64,000 bases of DNA from Anaerolineales bacterium (lineage in GTDB: Bacteria > Chloroflexota > Anaerolineae > Anaerolineales > UBA6663), in the NCBI GenBank assembly GCA_020850595.1, contig JADZEK010000023.1:6222-70221 (forward strand). The letters run 5' to 3'. The translations under genes were made by a program, and so were the position numbers. The notes under the pieces are model-generated. The model ran no database searches. It saw only the letters and a list, made by a program, of their open reading frames with translations, and was not told the DNA's origin. Below, one piece after another: positions 44,373 to 53,225 of this stretch. Position 1 is the stretch's first letter, and every line of letters begins with the position of its first letter.

Positions 44373-46481
44373 CTAGCGCGTCAGCAGCGGCAGAAACAGG
44401 CCCGACAACTCGAACGCGCCGATGTCGCACGTCACCCCAAACGGCCGCCCCACATCGCGCTGATCTTGGGGAAGGCAGAAGTCCCAGTATGGGTCGCCGG
44501 TGTCGCGCGCCGGGCTGGTGAATGTCAGCGCGTGGCTGAAGGTGCCGCCGCCGTTGTCGGCCAGCGGCAAAATCCCCGCCGCCACGTTGAACTGATCGCC
44601 CGTCGTCGCGGTGATCGGGCAGCCCGCCGTCACGTCCACCAGGTTGTAGCCGATGGAGTTGGCCGTGCCCGCGCAGGTGACCGCCTGCCCGCCCAGGTCC
44701 GTGTTGAGCGCCAGCAGCGTGCTGTGCAGCGTGATAGACAGCCCCGGCGCGGCGAACAACCCGCCGCCGTCGCCGCTGCCGTTGTTGTCAGCGTCGGCCG
44801 TGTTGTTCGCGACGGTCACCAGCAGCAGGCTGGCCGTGCTGGGCGGCGGGGCCTGGCCGCTTGCCAGCGACACCGGCACGGGCGCCAGCCGCAGGCCGCC
44901 GCCGTCACGCTTGGCGCGGTTGCCGCTGAGGGTGGTGTTCACCACCGCCAGCACCCCGCTGCTGTTGATGCCCGCGCCCAGCGTGCCGGTGTTGCTGATG
45001 ATGGCCGAGTTGTAGATCTCCGCGTCGCCGCCGGCCAGGTACACCCCCCCGCCCTGGTCGCTGAGGACCTGCGGCTCGAGGCTCAGCCCCTGCGCCACGG
45101 GCAGCGCGTGGCCGCTGGCGTTGCCTTGTATCTGGCTGTAGCCGATGTAGACCTCGGCGGCCGACGCGTAAAAGCCGCCGCCGTCGCCGAGGGCGTTGTT
45201 GTCCACGATTAGCGTCTGGTGGAGCGAGGCGTAGCCGTCGCCGGCATATACGCCGCCGGCGAGGCCGGTTACAGCCCAGTTGTCGCGCACGACAACGTCC
45301 GAGAAATATCCGTTGCCGCTGACAATCACCACGCCGCCGCCGCTGTCGGCGCGGTTCTGCGCCACCAGAGCGGTCTGCAGGACGATCTGGCCCCCCTTCA
45401 GGTACAGCCCGCCGCCGGACGCGGCGGTATTGCTCAACACTTGCGAGTCGGTCAGGTTGAGGCCGCTCGTGTAGGCAAAGACTCCGCCGCCCTGGCCGTA
45501 GAACTCCGGCCCCACACCCGCCGGGCTGGCGCTCAGCAGCGGCGGCACCGGGCAACTGATGCAGGCCACGCCCGCATTCCCGGCGATGACGCTGTCGGTG
45601 ATGAGGGCAAAGGAGTCATAGACGTAAATCCCCGCGCCCAACGCGCCGCCCGACGCGGCCGGCCCGAACGCCGCCGCGCCGAGGGGCGCCACGGCCCCGG
45701 CGGCGGTGTTGCTCAGCACCAGGCTGTTCGTCATGGCCAGCCCGCCGCCGATAAACAGCCCGCCGCCGCCCTGCCCCAGGCTGCCCTGCGCCGTCACCGA
45801 ACCAGTCGGCTGCACCGCGTTTTCCTCCACGCGGGTGTTAATCAGTTCAAGCAAGCTAAGGGCATGCAGGCCGCCGCCCAACTCGGTCGCCTGGTTGTGG
45901 CTGATCAGGCTGTCCACGATGGTGGTGGGGCTGTTGATATTCAGCCCGCCGCCCAGCACGGCCAGGTTGCCGGTGATGACCACGTTGGTCACGATCACCG
46001 GCGCCAGCCCGTTGAAGCGCGCCGCGCCGCCCTCCTCGCCCAGGCCGCCAGTCACCGTCAACCCGGAGATATTCACCGGCCCCACGGGGTCGTCGGCGCT
46101 GACCAGCAGCACCGGGCCGTGGCCGTTGCCGTCTAGCGTCAGCAGCGCCGGGCCGGGGCCGGTGAGATTCAGGGTGTGGGTGATCGGGGGCAAGCCCGCC
46201 GTCAACTCGATCGTGCCGGTGACGCTGAACGTGATGGTATCGAACTCGTCGGTATTGCCGGCCTGCTGCAGCGCGGCGCGCAGGGTGCACTTGCCGTTGG
46301 AGGCCAGGCAGGCCGGGTTGCCCAGGTCGGCATCCGGCAGGTCGGCCAGACTGTCCACGACGAAGGCCGCCCCCGGCGCGGGCGCGGGCTGGGCCAGCGC
46401 GGTCCGCGGGCCGGCGCTCAGCGCGGCCAGGATGATCAGCGCGGCGGTCAAGCGAGAAACAAGGCCAAGGGGTCGCAGCAT
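44373..46481 (-). CDS. secreted right-handed beta-helix protein (CSLREA N-terminal motif, Pmp-like GGG repeats, choice-of-anchor-Q-type C-terminus)
   Basis: Signal peptide, then CTLRAALQQAGN (CSLREA-type). Many GGG(L/V)(Y/F/H) repeats. The C-terminal RP.GVTCDIGAFE motif is typical of choice-of-anchor Q. Confidence 0.8.
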   Translation of the reverse strand: MLRPLGLVSRLTAALIILAALSAGPRTALAQPAPAPGAAFVVDSLADLPDADLGNPACLASNGKCTLRAALQQAGNTDEFDTITFSVTGTIELTAGLPPITHTLNLTGPGPALLTLDGNGHGPVLLVSADDPVGPVNISGLTVTGGLGEEGGAARFNGLAPVIVTNVVITGNLAVLGGGLNINSPTTIVDSLISHNQATELGGGLHALSLLELINTRVEENAVQPTGSVTAQGSLGQGGGGLFIGGGLAMTNSLVLSNTAAGAVAPLGAAAFGPAASGGALGAGIYVYDSFALITDSVIAGNAGVACISCPVPPLLSASPAGVGPEFYGQGGGVFAYTSGLNLTDSQVLSNTAASGGGLYLKGGQIVLQTALVAQNRADSGGGVVIVSGNGYFSDVVVRDNWAVTGLAGGVYAGDGYASLHQTLIVDNNALGDGGGFYASAAEVYIGYSQIQGNASGHALPVAQGLSLEPQVLSDQGGGVYLAGGDAEIYNSAIISNTGTLGAGINSSGVLAVVNTTLSGNRAKRDGGGLRLAPVPVSLASGQAPPPSTASLLLVTVANNTADADNNGSGDGGGLFAAPGLSITLHSTLLALNTDLGGQAVTCAGTANSIGYNLVDVTAGCPITATTGDQFNVAAGILPLADNGGGTFSHALTFTSPARDTGDPYWDFCLPQDQRDVGRPFGVTCDIGAFELSGLFLPLLTR

Positions 46482-46622
46482 CGGTCTTCTCCTGAGGGCG
46501 GCGGCCCGCGCGTATCTGGCCGCCGCTGACGCTCAAGAGCAGGGTACGGGAAACCCGGCCCGGCGTCCACGGCCCAAAGACAGCCTTTTCCGCCCGTCCC
46601 ACGAGGGGTATCTTTCGATAGA

Positions 46623-46662
46623 GGCGCCCGCGGCGCATAGCGTATAATGCGCCGCGGGCGCC
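46623..46662. promoter_or_regulatory. perfect 16-bp-arm palindrome with TATAAT in its 8-nt centre
   Basis: GGCGCCCGCGGCGCAT agcgtata ATGCGCCGCGGGCGCC, lying 42 nt upstream of the oxidoreductase ATG. Confidence 0.5.
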
Positions 46663-46703
46663 GCCCGGCGCCGTGCCTCACCTGCCGCGGAGAACGGATA
46701 CAC

Positions 46704-47672
46704 ATGTCTGCCACCTTCAACTGGGGCCTGCTCAGCACCGCCAAGATCAATCTAAAAATCCTCCAGGCCGCGCCGCACTCCATCCGCGGCCAGATCCTGG
46801 GCGTAGCCTCGCGCGACGCCGAGCGCGCCCGCGCCTACGCCGCCGAACACGGCCTGGCCCGCCACTACGGCAGCTACGCGGCCATGCTGGCCGACCCCGA
46901 CATCCACATCATCTACAACGGCCTGCCTAACAGCCTGCACGCGGAGTGGACCATCAAGGCACTGGAAGCGGGCAAGCACGTGCTGTGCGAAAAGCCCTTC
47001 GCTGTGACGCTGGCCGAGGTGGACGCCATGCACGCGGCGGCCCAGCGCGCCGGCCGCGTGGTGACGGAGGCCTTCATGTACCGCCACCACCCGCGCACGT
47101 TTAAGGTCAAGGAACTGATCGAGAGCGGCGCCCTCGGTCCGGTGCGGCTGCTGCGCTCCGGCTTCAGCTTCAACATGAGCGGTTCACCCGCCAACGTGCG
47201 CTGGAACAAGGAGCTGGCCGGCGGCTCGATCTGGGACGTGGGCTGCTACCCGATCAGCCTGGCGCGCTACCTGTTCGGCGCGCCCAGCCGCGTGCACGGC
47301 TGGAAGGTGCTGAGCGCTTCGGGCGTAGACGAGACCTTCGTCGGCACGCTGGAATTTCCCGGCGGGCAGGTGGCCCAGTTCGACTCGTCGTTCAACTTCC
47401 CGCACCGGGTGTATGCCGAGATCGTGGGCAGCGCCGGCAGCCTGTACATTGAAAGGCCTTTCCAGCCCAGCCAACCCGAGCACCGCCTGACGCTGCGCCG
47501 CGACGGCCGGCCGGAGGAGGTGATCGAGATCGAGAACCCAGATATGTACTGGCTGGAGATGGAAGACCTGCACGACGCCATCCTCGGCGGGCAGCCGCGC
47601 ATCAGCGCCGCCGAAACGCGCGGCCACATCGAGACCATCCTGGCCCTGCTGGCCGCGGCCGACCAGGCCTAG
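46704..47672 (+). CDS. Gfo/Idh/MocA family oxidoreductase
   Basis: N-terminal Rossmann fold (WGLLSTAKI) and the EKP motif (VLCEKPFA). Confidence 0.9.
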   Translation: MSATFNWGLLSTAKINLKILQAAPHSIRGQILGVASRDAERARAYAAEHGLARHYGSYAAMLADPDIHIIYNGLPNSLHAEWTIKALEAGKHVLCEKPFAVTLAEVDAMHAAAQRAGRVVTEAFMYRHHPRTFKVKELIESGALGPVRLLRSGFSFNMSGSPANVRWNKELAGGSIWDVGCYPISLARYLFGAPSRVHGWKVLSASGVDETFVGTLEFPGGQVAQFDSSFNFPHRVYAEIVGSAGSLYIERPFQPSQPEHRLTLRRDGRPEEVIEIENPDMYWLEMEDLHDAILGGQPRISAAETRGHIETILALLAAADQA

Positions 47673-47694
47673 CGCGGCGGCTCTGCTCATTAAC

Positions 47695-47734
47695 AACCCG
47701 CCGGGCGGCTGATGGTTCAGCCGCCCGCCGGGTT
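47695..47734. terminator. bidirectional terminator hairpin between convergent genes
   Basis: AACCCGCCGGGCGGCTGA tggt TCAGCCGCCCGCCGGGTT, with 18-bp perfect arms. Confidence 0.65.
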
Positions 47735-47770
47735 TGCCTCGCACTTCGCGCCCCGGCCTCAGCTTCGCCC

Positions 47771-50700
47771 CTAATCGTCAGCCTCGAACGGCAGCGTAAA
47801 GCTGAACACGGCCCCCCACCCCGGCTCGCTCACCGCCCAAATTTTGCCGCCGTGCGCTTCTACCGCCAGGCGGCAATAGGCCAGCCCCAAGCCGCTGCCG
47901 CGCTCGCGGTGCCGCCCGGTGACAAACTTTTGGAACAGGTTGGCGCGGATTTCGGGCGGCAGGCCCGGCCCGGTGTCGGCCACGGTGACGACCACGTGTT
48001 CTCCGCCGGGGTCTAGCGCGCCGCTGACGCGCACCAACCCGCCGGCGGGCGTGAACTTGATGGCGTTGCCCACCAGGTTTTGCAGCACGCGCCGCATCAG
48101 CCCGCCGTCGGCGCTGGGCACGGGCAGGTTGGCGGGCACCTGGTTCTCCAGGCGCAGTTGTTTTTCCAGCGCCAGCGGCATCTGCGTCAGCAGCACTTCG
48201 GTCGTCACGTCGTGGAGCGGCAGCGGCTCGCGCACCAGCGGCATCTGCCCGCTCTCCAGCCGGTTGACGTCGAGGATGGCGTTCACCAGACCCAGCATGC
48301 GCTGGGTGCTGTTGAGCGCAATCGCCAGCACCTCGCGCTGCTGGGTCTCGCCGGCCGCGCCGCCGCTCGGCCCAGCCATGCCCACCTGGTTGAGCAGCTC
48401 CAGCGCCATGCGGATGTTCGTCAGCGGGTTGCGCAGGTCGTGCACCATAGTGTGCGTCAGGTTGTCGCGCAGCTTCTGCACGTCGCGCTCTTCGGTCACG
48501 TCGCGCAGCACCACCAGGCGGCCCAGCGGCCGGGCGTCACTCAGCACGGGCAGGCTCAGCCAGGCCACGGTGCGCGGCGGCACTTCGGCCTCGGCTTCAT
48601 AGGCCGGCTCGTCGCCATGCGCGGCGCGCTTGACCTCGGCCAACGCCGCGCGCGCCAGTCCTGGGGCGCGGCGGCGCAGGTCTAGCAGCAAGCCGCTCAG
48701 CGGGCGACCCAGCCAGTCGGCCGGCGTGCCCGGCAGCCCCAGCAGCGTCAGCACCGGCGCGTTGAGCACCAGCAGCCGCAGGTCCATGCTGAGCATGAAG
48801 ATGCCGTCGCGGCTGGCCTCGATCAGCGCCTGCAGACGGCTGCGTTCGCCGGCGATGGTCTGGTAGAGCAGCGCGTTGTCGAGCACCAGCGCCACGGCGT
48901 CGGCCAGCGACTCGGCTAGTTGCACGTCATCGGCGTCAAAGGCTTCGGGGCGGTCGCTTTCCAGGCACAGCACGCCGAGCACGCGCGTCCCGCGCCGCAG
49001 CGGCACAGCCAGTTCGCTGCGGCGCGGCGCCACCAGCCGCGCGTCGGCCGGGTCGCTGGGCACATGCATGTCGGTCTGCGTCCGGCCGGTCAGCAGCGCC
49101 TGGCCGATCACTTCCAGGTCGCGCAGCGGCTGGCCGCCCACATGCCCCGCCAACGACCCACCGCCCGCTGCCAGCACCCAGCTCTGGCCGTCGCGGCCGG
49201 GCAGGGCAATGCCCACCCCCGGCCAGCTGGCCTCGCCGTTCACCAGCCGCACAATCGCCGCCACGGCCTCGGTCGCTACGGCCTGCGGGTTGAGCTGCTC
49301 GCCCACCGCGCGCATGACGCCATACAGCGCCGCCTGGCGCCGCGCGCTCAGCCGCTGCTCCTCGAAAATCTGGGCGTTGCGCAGGGCCAGCGCCAGTTGG
49401 TCGGCCGCGGCCTGCATCAGATGCAGGTGTTCCTCGGTAAAGCGGCCCAGCTGCGCGTGCGTCAGGGTCAGCACGCCCACCAGCGCCGCGCCGCTGATGA
49501 TGGGCACGCCCAGCGCCGAGCCGGCCACCGGCGCGGCGTCGCTGCTGCTGGCCAGCCAGCGATCGTCTTGGGAGGTGTCGCTGATCAGGGCCGCCGCGCG
49601 ATGACGCACCACCCAGCCCGACAGACCGCGATCCATCACCCGCCGCACCACGCCCTGCTGCTGGTCGGGCGTCATGCCGCGAAAGGTGAGCAGGCTGTGC
49701 GTGACCACGCCCACCGAGTTGAGCAAGAACAGGCTGCCGCGCTCGGCCCCAGTGAGGCCGGCCGCCACGTTCAAGGCGTTTTGCAACGTGGCTTCCAGGC
49801 TAGGGCGCTCGGCCGTGGCTCGCGCCACCGACACCAGGTTTTCAAACAACTGCTTCTGCTCGCGCAGCGCGGCTTGGGCTTCTTTTTGCGCGCTGATGTC
49901 GCGCAGCGCGATGAGTTGGCCGGTCAACTCGCCTGGCCGGTTTTGCAGCGGTGTCACCGAGAGATCGTAGACGCGCGCCGGGCTGCCCAGCAGCACCTCG
50001 GTGCGCGTGGGCGCGGCCGCGGGGCGCAGCAGCTCCGGCCGGTCGGGCAGCACCACGCGCACCGACTGGCCAATGGCCGCGCGCGGCCCGGCAATCTGCT
50101 GGGCGGCCGCGTTCAGGTCCACCACGCGGCCGAGCGCGTCGAGCACGATCAGGCCGTCGGCGCTGGCGTCGACCAGCGTATCACGCGGCACGGGCTGCAG
50201 TTCCAGCAGTTGGTAGCGCCACGCGCCCCAGGCAATCGCCACCGCGCTTAGCAGGAACCCGGCGGGCGTCAAATCCCAATGAGGCAGGCTGCTCTGGCCG
50301 GAGAGGTAGATAAAGTTCGCCAGCCAGGGTAGCGCCACGCCCAGCAGCAGCATGGCCACCTGGCCCTGATACACGGCCGGGGCGCGCACCATCGTCAGCA
50401 GCACCAGCACGATGCCCACGAAGTTCAGGCCGTAGCTATAGATGGCGAAGACCCAGAACCACAGGCCGTGCGCCACGGCCAGCGCCGTGAACGGCCCGCT
50501 GGTGTCGAGGCCGGCCTCGGCCCAGATCAGGTGATGGGCTTCGTTGGAGACGACCAGCGCCAGGGTGATGAGGGGAATGATGAGCAGCACCAGCAGCGCG
50601 CGGCGGTTGAGTAGCCGGTCGCGGCCGGTGAACTGGAGGGCAAAGGCCATCCAGGCCACCGGCGCGAGGGCGATGCCGGCATAGGCGAGCTTGGCCCACA

Positions 50701-50893
50701 GCAGCTTAGCGGCCAACCCGGCGCTGTTCAGCTCGAGGGTATACGTCAGCCCCCAGATGGCGGCGCACACGGCAAACAACGCAAACAGCCGGCCGACGCG
50801 ATTGCGCCGTGTCCAGCCGTAGAGCGCCATGGCCGCTGCGCTCAGCGCCCCTGCCAGCGCCGGCAGGCTATACACCGTGAATGCAAACCCCAC
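47771..50893 (-). CDS. membrane sensor histidine kinase (N-terminal ~7TM module, PAS, GAF x2, PAS, HisKA, HATPase_c)
   Basis: 1040 aa. 6-7 N-terminal TM helices, H-box HDLRNPLTNI, and the C-terminal ATPase boxes NLVGNAIKF, DTGPGL, GSGLGL. Confidence 0.9.
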   Translation of the reverse strand: MGFAFTVYSLPALAGALSAAAMALYGWTRRNRVGRLFALFAVCAAIWGLTYTLELNSAGLAAKLLWAKLAYAGIALAPVAWMAFALQFTGRDRLLNRRALLVLLIIPLITLALVVSNEAHHLIWAEAGLDTSGPFTALAVAHGLWFWVFAIYSYGLNFVGIVLVLLTMVRAPAVYQGQVAMLLLGVALPWLANFIYLSGQSSLPHWDLTPAGFLLSAVAIAWGAWRYQLLELQPVPRDTLVDASADGLIVLDALGRVVDLNAAAQQIAGPRAAIGQSVRVVLPDRPELLRPAAAPTRTEVLLGSPARVYDLSVTPLQNRPGELTGQLIALRDISAQKEAQAALREQKQLFENLVSVARATAERPSLEATLQNALNVAAGLTGAERGSLFLLNSVGVVTHSLLTFRGMTPDQQQGVVRRVMDRGLSGWVVRHRAAALISDTSQDDRWLASSSDAAPVAGSALGVPIISGAALVGVLTLTHAQLGRFTEEHLHLMQAAADQLALALRNAQIFEEQRLSARRQAALYGVMRAVGEQLNPQAVATEAVAAIVRLVNGEASWPGVGIALPGRDGQSWVLAAGGGSLAGHVGGQPLRDLEVIGQALLTGRTQTDMHVPSDPADARLVAPRRSELAVPLRRGTRVLGVLCLESDRPEAFDADDVQLAESLADAVALVLDNALLYQTIAGERSRLQALIEASRDGIFMLSMDLRLLVLNAPVLTLLGLPGTPADWLGRPLSGLLLDLRRRAPGLARAALAEVKRAAHGDEPAYEAEAEVPPRTVAWLSLPVLSDARPLGRLVVLRDVTEERDVQKLRDNLTHTMVHDLRNPLTNIRMALELLNQVGMAGPSGGAAGETQQREVLAIALNSTQRMLGLVNAILDVNRLESGQMPLVREPLPLHDVTTEVLLTQMPLALEKQLRLENQVPANLPVPSADGGLMRRVLQNLVGNAIKFTPAGGLVRVSGALDPGGEHVVVTVADTGPGLPPEIRANLFQKFVTGRHRERGSGLGLAYCRLAVEAHGGKIWAVSEPGWGAVFSFTLPFEADD

Positions 50894-50988
50894 GCCTTGT
50901 ATCCCTTGCTCTCGGCGGGTGAGACCCGTTGCTCAGCTATTATACTCAGCCCCCCGCCCGCGCCCCTGGGCCGCACGCGCTCCCACTC

Positions 50989-51345
50989 TTAGCACACCGG
51001 GGCCGCGCAAGTGGGCGGCCCCGGTGTGTTGTCTGCGTCCTCTTTCTTGGCTTGGTCCTGCAAACGTTTGGCCAGCCGTCTCCACATGCCCGCATACGTG
51101 AGTTGCACATACGTGCCGGTCGCTACCATAAAGAAGAACGGCGTAGCGCAACACACTAAAGATATACCGATCTCGAGTGCATCACTCAAGGACCGTTGTG
51201 CGGGCGCGTCGGGGTTGAACAAAATCAAGAGCGCCAGAACCACTATGATGCCGCCCGAGAACAGACACCCCGCGCCGAGCCCGTAGCGCAGCCGCTCGCG
51301 CCGTGTCGTCTCGCGATGCCAAATATCAATCAGGTCTCTGCCCAT
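50989..51345 (-). CDS. small membrane protein (118 aa)
   Basis: Two TM segments. The last ~12 codons are encoded by a strong hairpin (CACACCGGGGCCGC...GCGGCCCCGGTGTG), so the 3' end is uncertain. Confidence 0.5.
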   Translation of the reverse strand: MGRDLIDIWHRETTRRERLRYGLGAGCLFSGGIIVVLALLILFNPDAPAQRSLSDALEIGISLVCCATPFFFMVATGTYVQLTYAGMWRRLAKRLQDQAKKEDADNTPGPPTCAAPVC

Positions 51346-51363
51346 GCGCCCCTCCCGCTTGGC

Positions 51364-52491
51364 TTACTCTCCCGTCAGCCCCTGCGCCACGCGCCGGTCG
51401 GTCTTGCCCATGGCGCAGTCGCCCAACTCGCTCACCTTCACCCAGCGCCGCGCCGCCTGGCCCGCCGCCAGCCGCCCCGCCCGCCAGCGCCCTTCATATA
51501 CATGCAGCACCAAGCGAAAGTGCGTGAACGTGTGCCGCAGCACCGGCCCCGGCGTCTCGCCCAGCGTCACCGTCAGCCCGTACTCTTTGCGCAGCAATTC
51601 GCTCAGCGCCGCCGCCTGCTCATCCGCGCTCGCCTCGGCCGGCACGTCCACCGCCGGGAAAGCCCACAGCCCGCCCAACAGCCCGTCGGCCGGGCGCTGG
51701 GCCAGCAGCACCCGTCCGCCCTTGCGGATCACCCCCGCCGCCTGGCGGCGCTCTGGCTGGGCGCGCCGCGCCGGCAGCACCGGCCGCAGGTGTTGCGTGC
51801 CGTTCGCAAACGCCGCGCACAACTCGCGTAACGGGCACAATAAGCACAGCGGCGCGCGCGGCAGGCACAGCGTCGCGCCCAGGTCCATCAGCGCCTGGTT
51901 GTAATCGCCCGCGCGCCCCGGCGGCAGGAGGCGCTCGGCCAGCGCCCACAGTTGTTTTTCACCCGCCGGCGACTTCACGTCCACCGTCAGATCGAAGACG
52001 CGCGCCAGCACGCGCTTCACGTTGCCGTCCAGCACGGCCGCGTCCACGCCGAACGCCATCGAGGCAATCGCCCCGGCCGTGTAGCGGCCGATGCCCGGCA
52101 GCGCCCGCAGCCCGGCCACGGTGCGCGGCAGCGCCCCACCGTGCTCCGCGGCCACCTGTTGCGCGGCGCGGTGCAGGTTGCGCGCCCGCGAGTAGTAGCC
52201 CAGCCCTTCCCACACGGCCAGCACCGCCGCCGGCGGGGCCGCCGCCAGCGCCGCCAGCGTGGGGAAGGCGGCCAGCCAGCGCGCATAGTAGGGCCGCACC
52301 GTCTCCACCTGCGTCTGCTGGAGCATGATCTCCGAGACCCAGATGGCGTAGGGATCGCGCGCGCCGCGCCAAGGCAGGTGGCGCTGGTGGCGGGCGTACC
52401 AGGCCAGCAGCGGCGCGGCCAGGTCGGGTAGCAGATCGGAGGGCGCGACGGCGCGGCGGCCGGCCCCAGTTCGCTTGAGATCGCGGGACAT
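51364..52491 (-). CDS. mutY: A/G-specific adenine DNA glycosylase
   Basis: LPWR...DPY.IWVSEIMLQQT, HhH GIG.YTA, a Cys cluster (C-x6-C-x2-C-x5-C) and a C-terminal NUDIX-like domain. Confidence 0.92.
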   Translation of the reverse strand: MSRDLKRTGAGRRAVAPSDLLPDLAAPLLAWYARHQRHLPWRGARDPYAIWVSEIMLQQTQVETVRPYYARWLAAFPTLAALAAAPPAAVLAVWEGLGYYSRARNLHRAAQQVAAEHGGALPRTVAGLRALPGIGRYTAGAIASMAFGVDAAVLDGNVKRVLARVFDLTVDVKSPAGEKQLWALAERLLPPGRAGDYNQALMDLGATLCLPRAPLCLLCPLRELCAAFANGTQHLRPVLPARRAQPERRQAAGVIRKGGRVLLAQRPADGLLGGLWAFPAVDVPAEASADEQAAALSELLRKEYGLTVTLGETPGPVLRHTFTHFRLVLHVYEGRWRAGRLAAGQAARRWVKVSELGDCAMGKTDRRVAQGLTGE

Positions 52492-52560
52492 GGCGAGGAT
52501 TATAGCGGTTTTAGCCTAGTTTCCCCGGCGATACGGCCTCAATCCCGGCCCACGGCCTCC

Positions 52561-52643
52561 TGTGGATAACTCCGCGTTTTTGGGGGATAACTGGCCCGCG
52601 CTGTGGAGAAATGTGTGGAAGTTGGAGCCTAATCTTGGGATAA
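52561..52643. promoter_or_regulatory. DnaA-box cluster upstream of dnaA
   Basis: TGTGGATAA (52561-69, a perfect complement of TTATCCACA). Relaxed boxes at 52582-90, 52602-10, 52614-22 and 52635-43. Confidence 0.7.
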
Positions 52644-52837
52644 CCGTCAACCGCGCTTGGGCATTGCATCGGCGGCGCGAGTCGCAGCCCCGCCGGCGGC
52701 TCAACCGCCTTAGAAACCTAGTTCGACCCAACACGAACCTTCAGAGTCACCGCTTAGGACGCAGGCGCGCACCGCGGCCAACACGCGCCCCGATAGCCGG
52801 CTTGGCCCCTCTGTACTGGCGGTCGTTTGTTCCATTA

Positions 52838-52884
52838 CCGCCAGGGCTAGCCGACTCTATAGCTGAGTCGGCCAGCCCTGGCGG
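52838..52884. repeat. 20-bp-arm inverted repeat (19/20) with a 7-nt loop
   Basis: CCGCCAGGGCTAGCCGACTC tatagct GAGTCGGCCAGCCCTGGCGG. Confidence 0.8.
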
Positions 52885-52985
52885 CCGATGCTGGGCCGCT
52901 GAGCGACGGCCGCGGGGGCGCAATTTCTTAACATAGCCATCATCTTAAAAGAATCAAATCTTTTACACTCCAGCGCCGATTCAGC

Positions 52986-53014
52986 TTGAATGACTCTGGC
53001 GCGTCTGCTAGAAT
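52986..53014 (+). promoter_or_regulatory. candidate dnaA promoter
   Basis: TTGAAT, 17-nt spacer, TAGAAT. Preceded by an AT-rich tract at 52921-52970. Confidence 0.5.
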
Positions 53015-53225
53015 GCCGGTCGCTGTCAGAGAAATCGCCCACGCGCCATCCGGCGTCTGCTACAACCGGTGAAGCTATGAGCTGACCCTGGGCATGACCG
53101 CGAACAGCGCTTGCGCCGCCGGCCTGAGCTTGGGCCCGGGTGGCGGGCGCCGCGCGGCCGGCCGCTTTGGCGTCGCTCGGCTCAGGCGGGGTGAAACCTA
53201 TTTCTGATGACAGGGGAGCGTCTGT

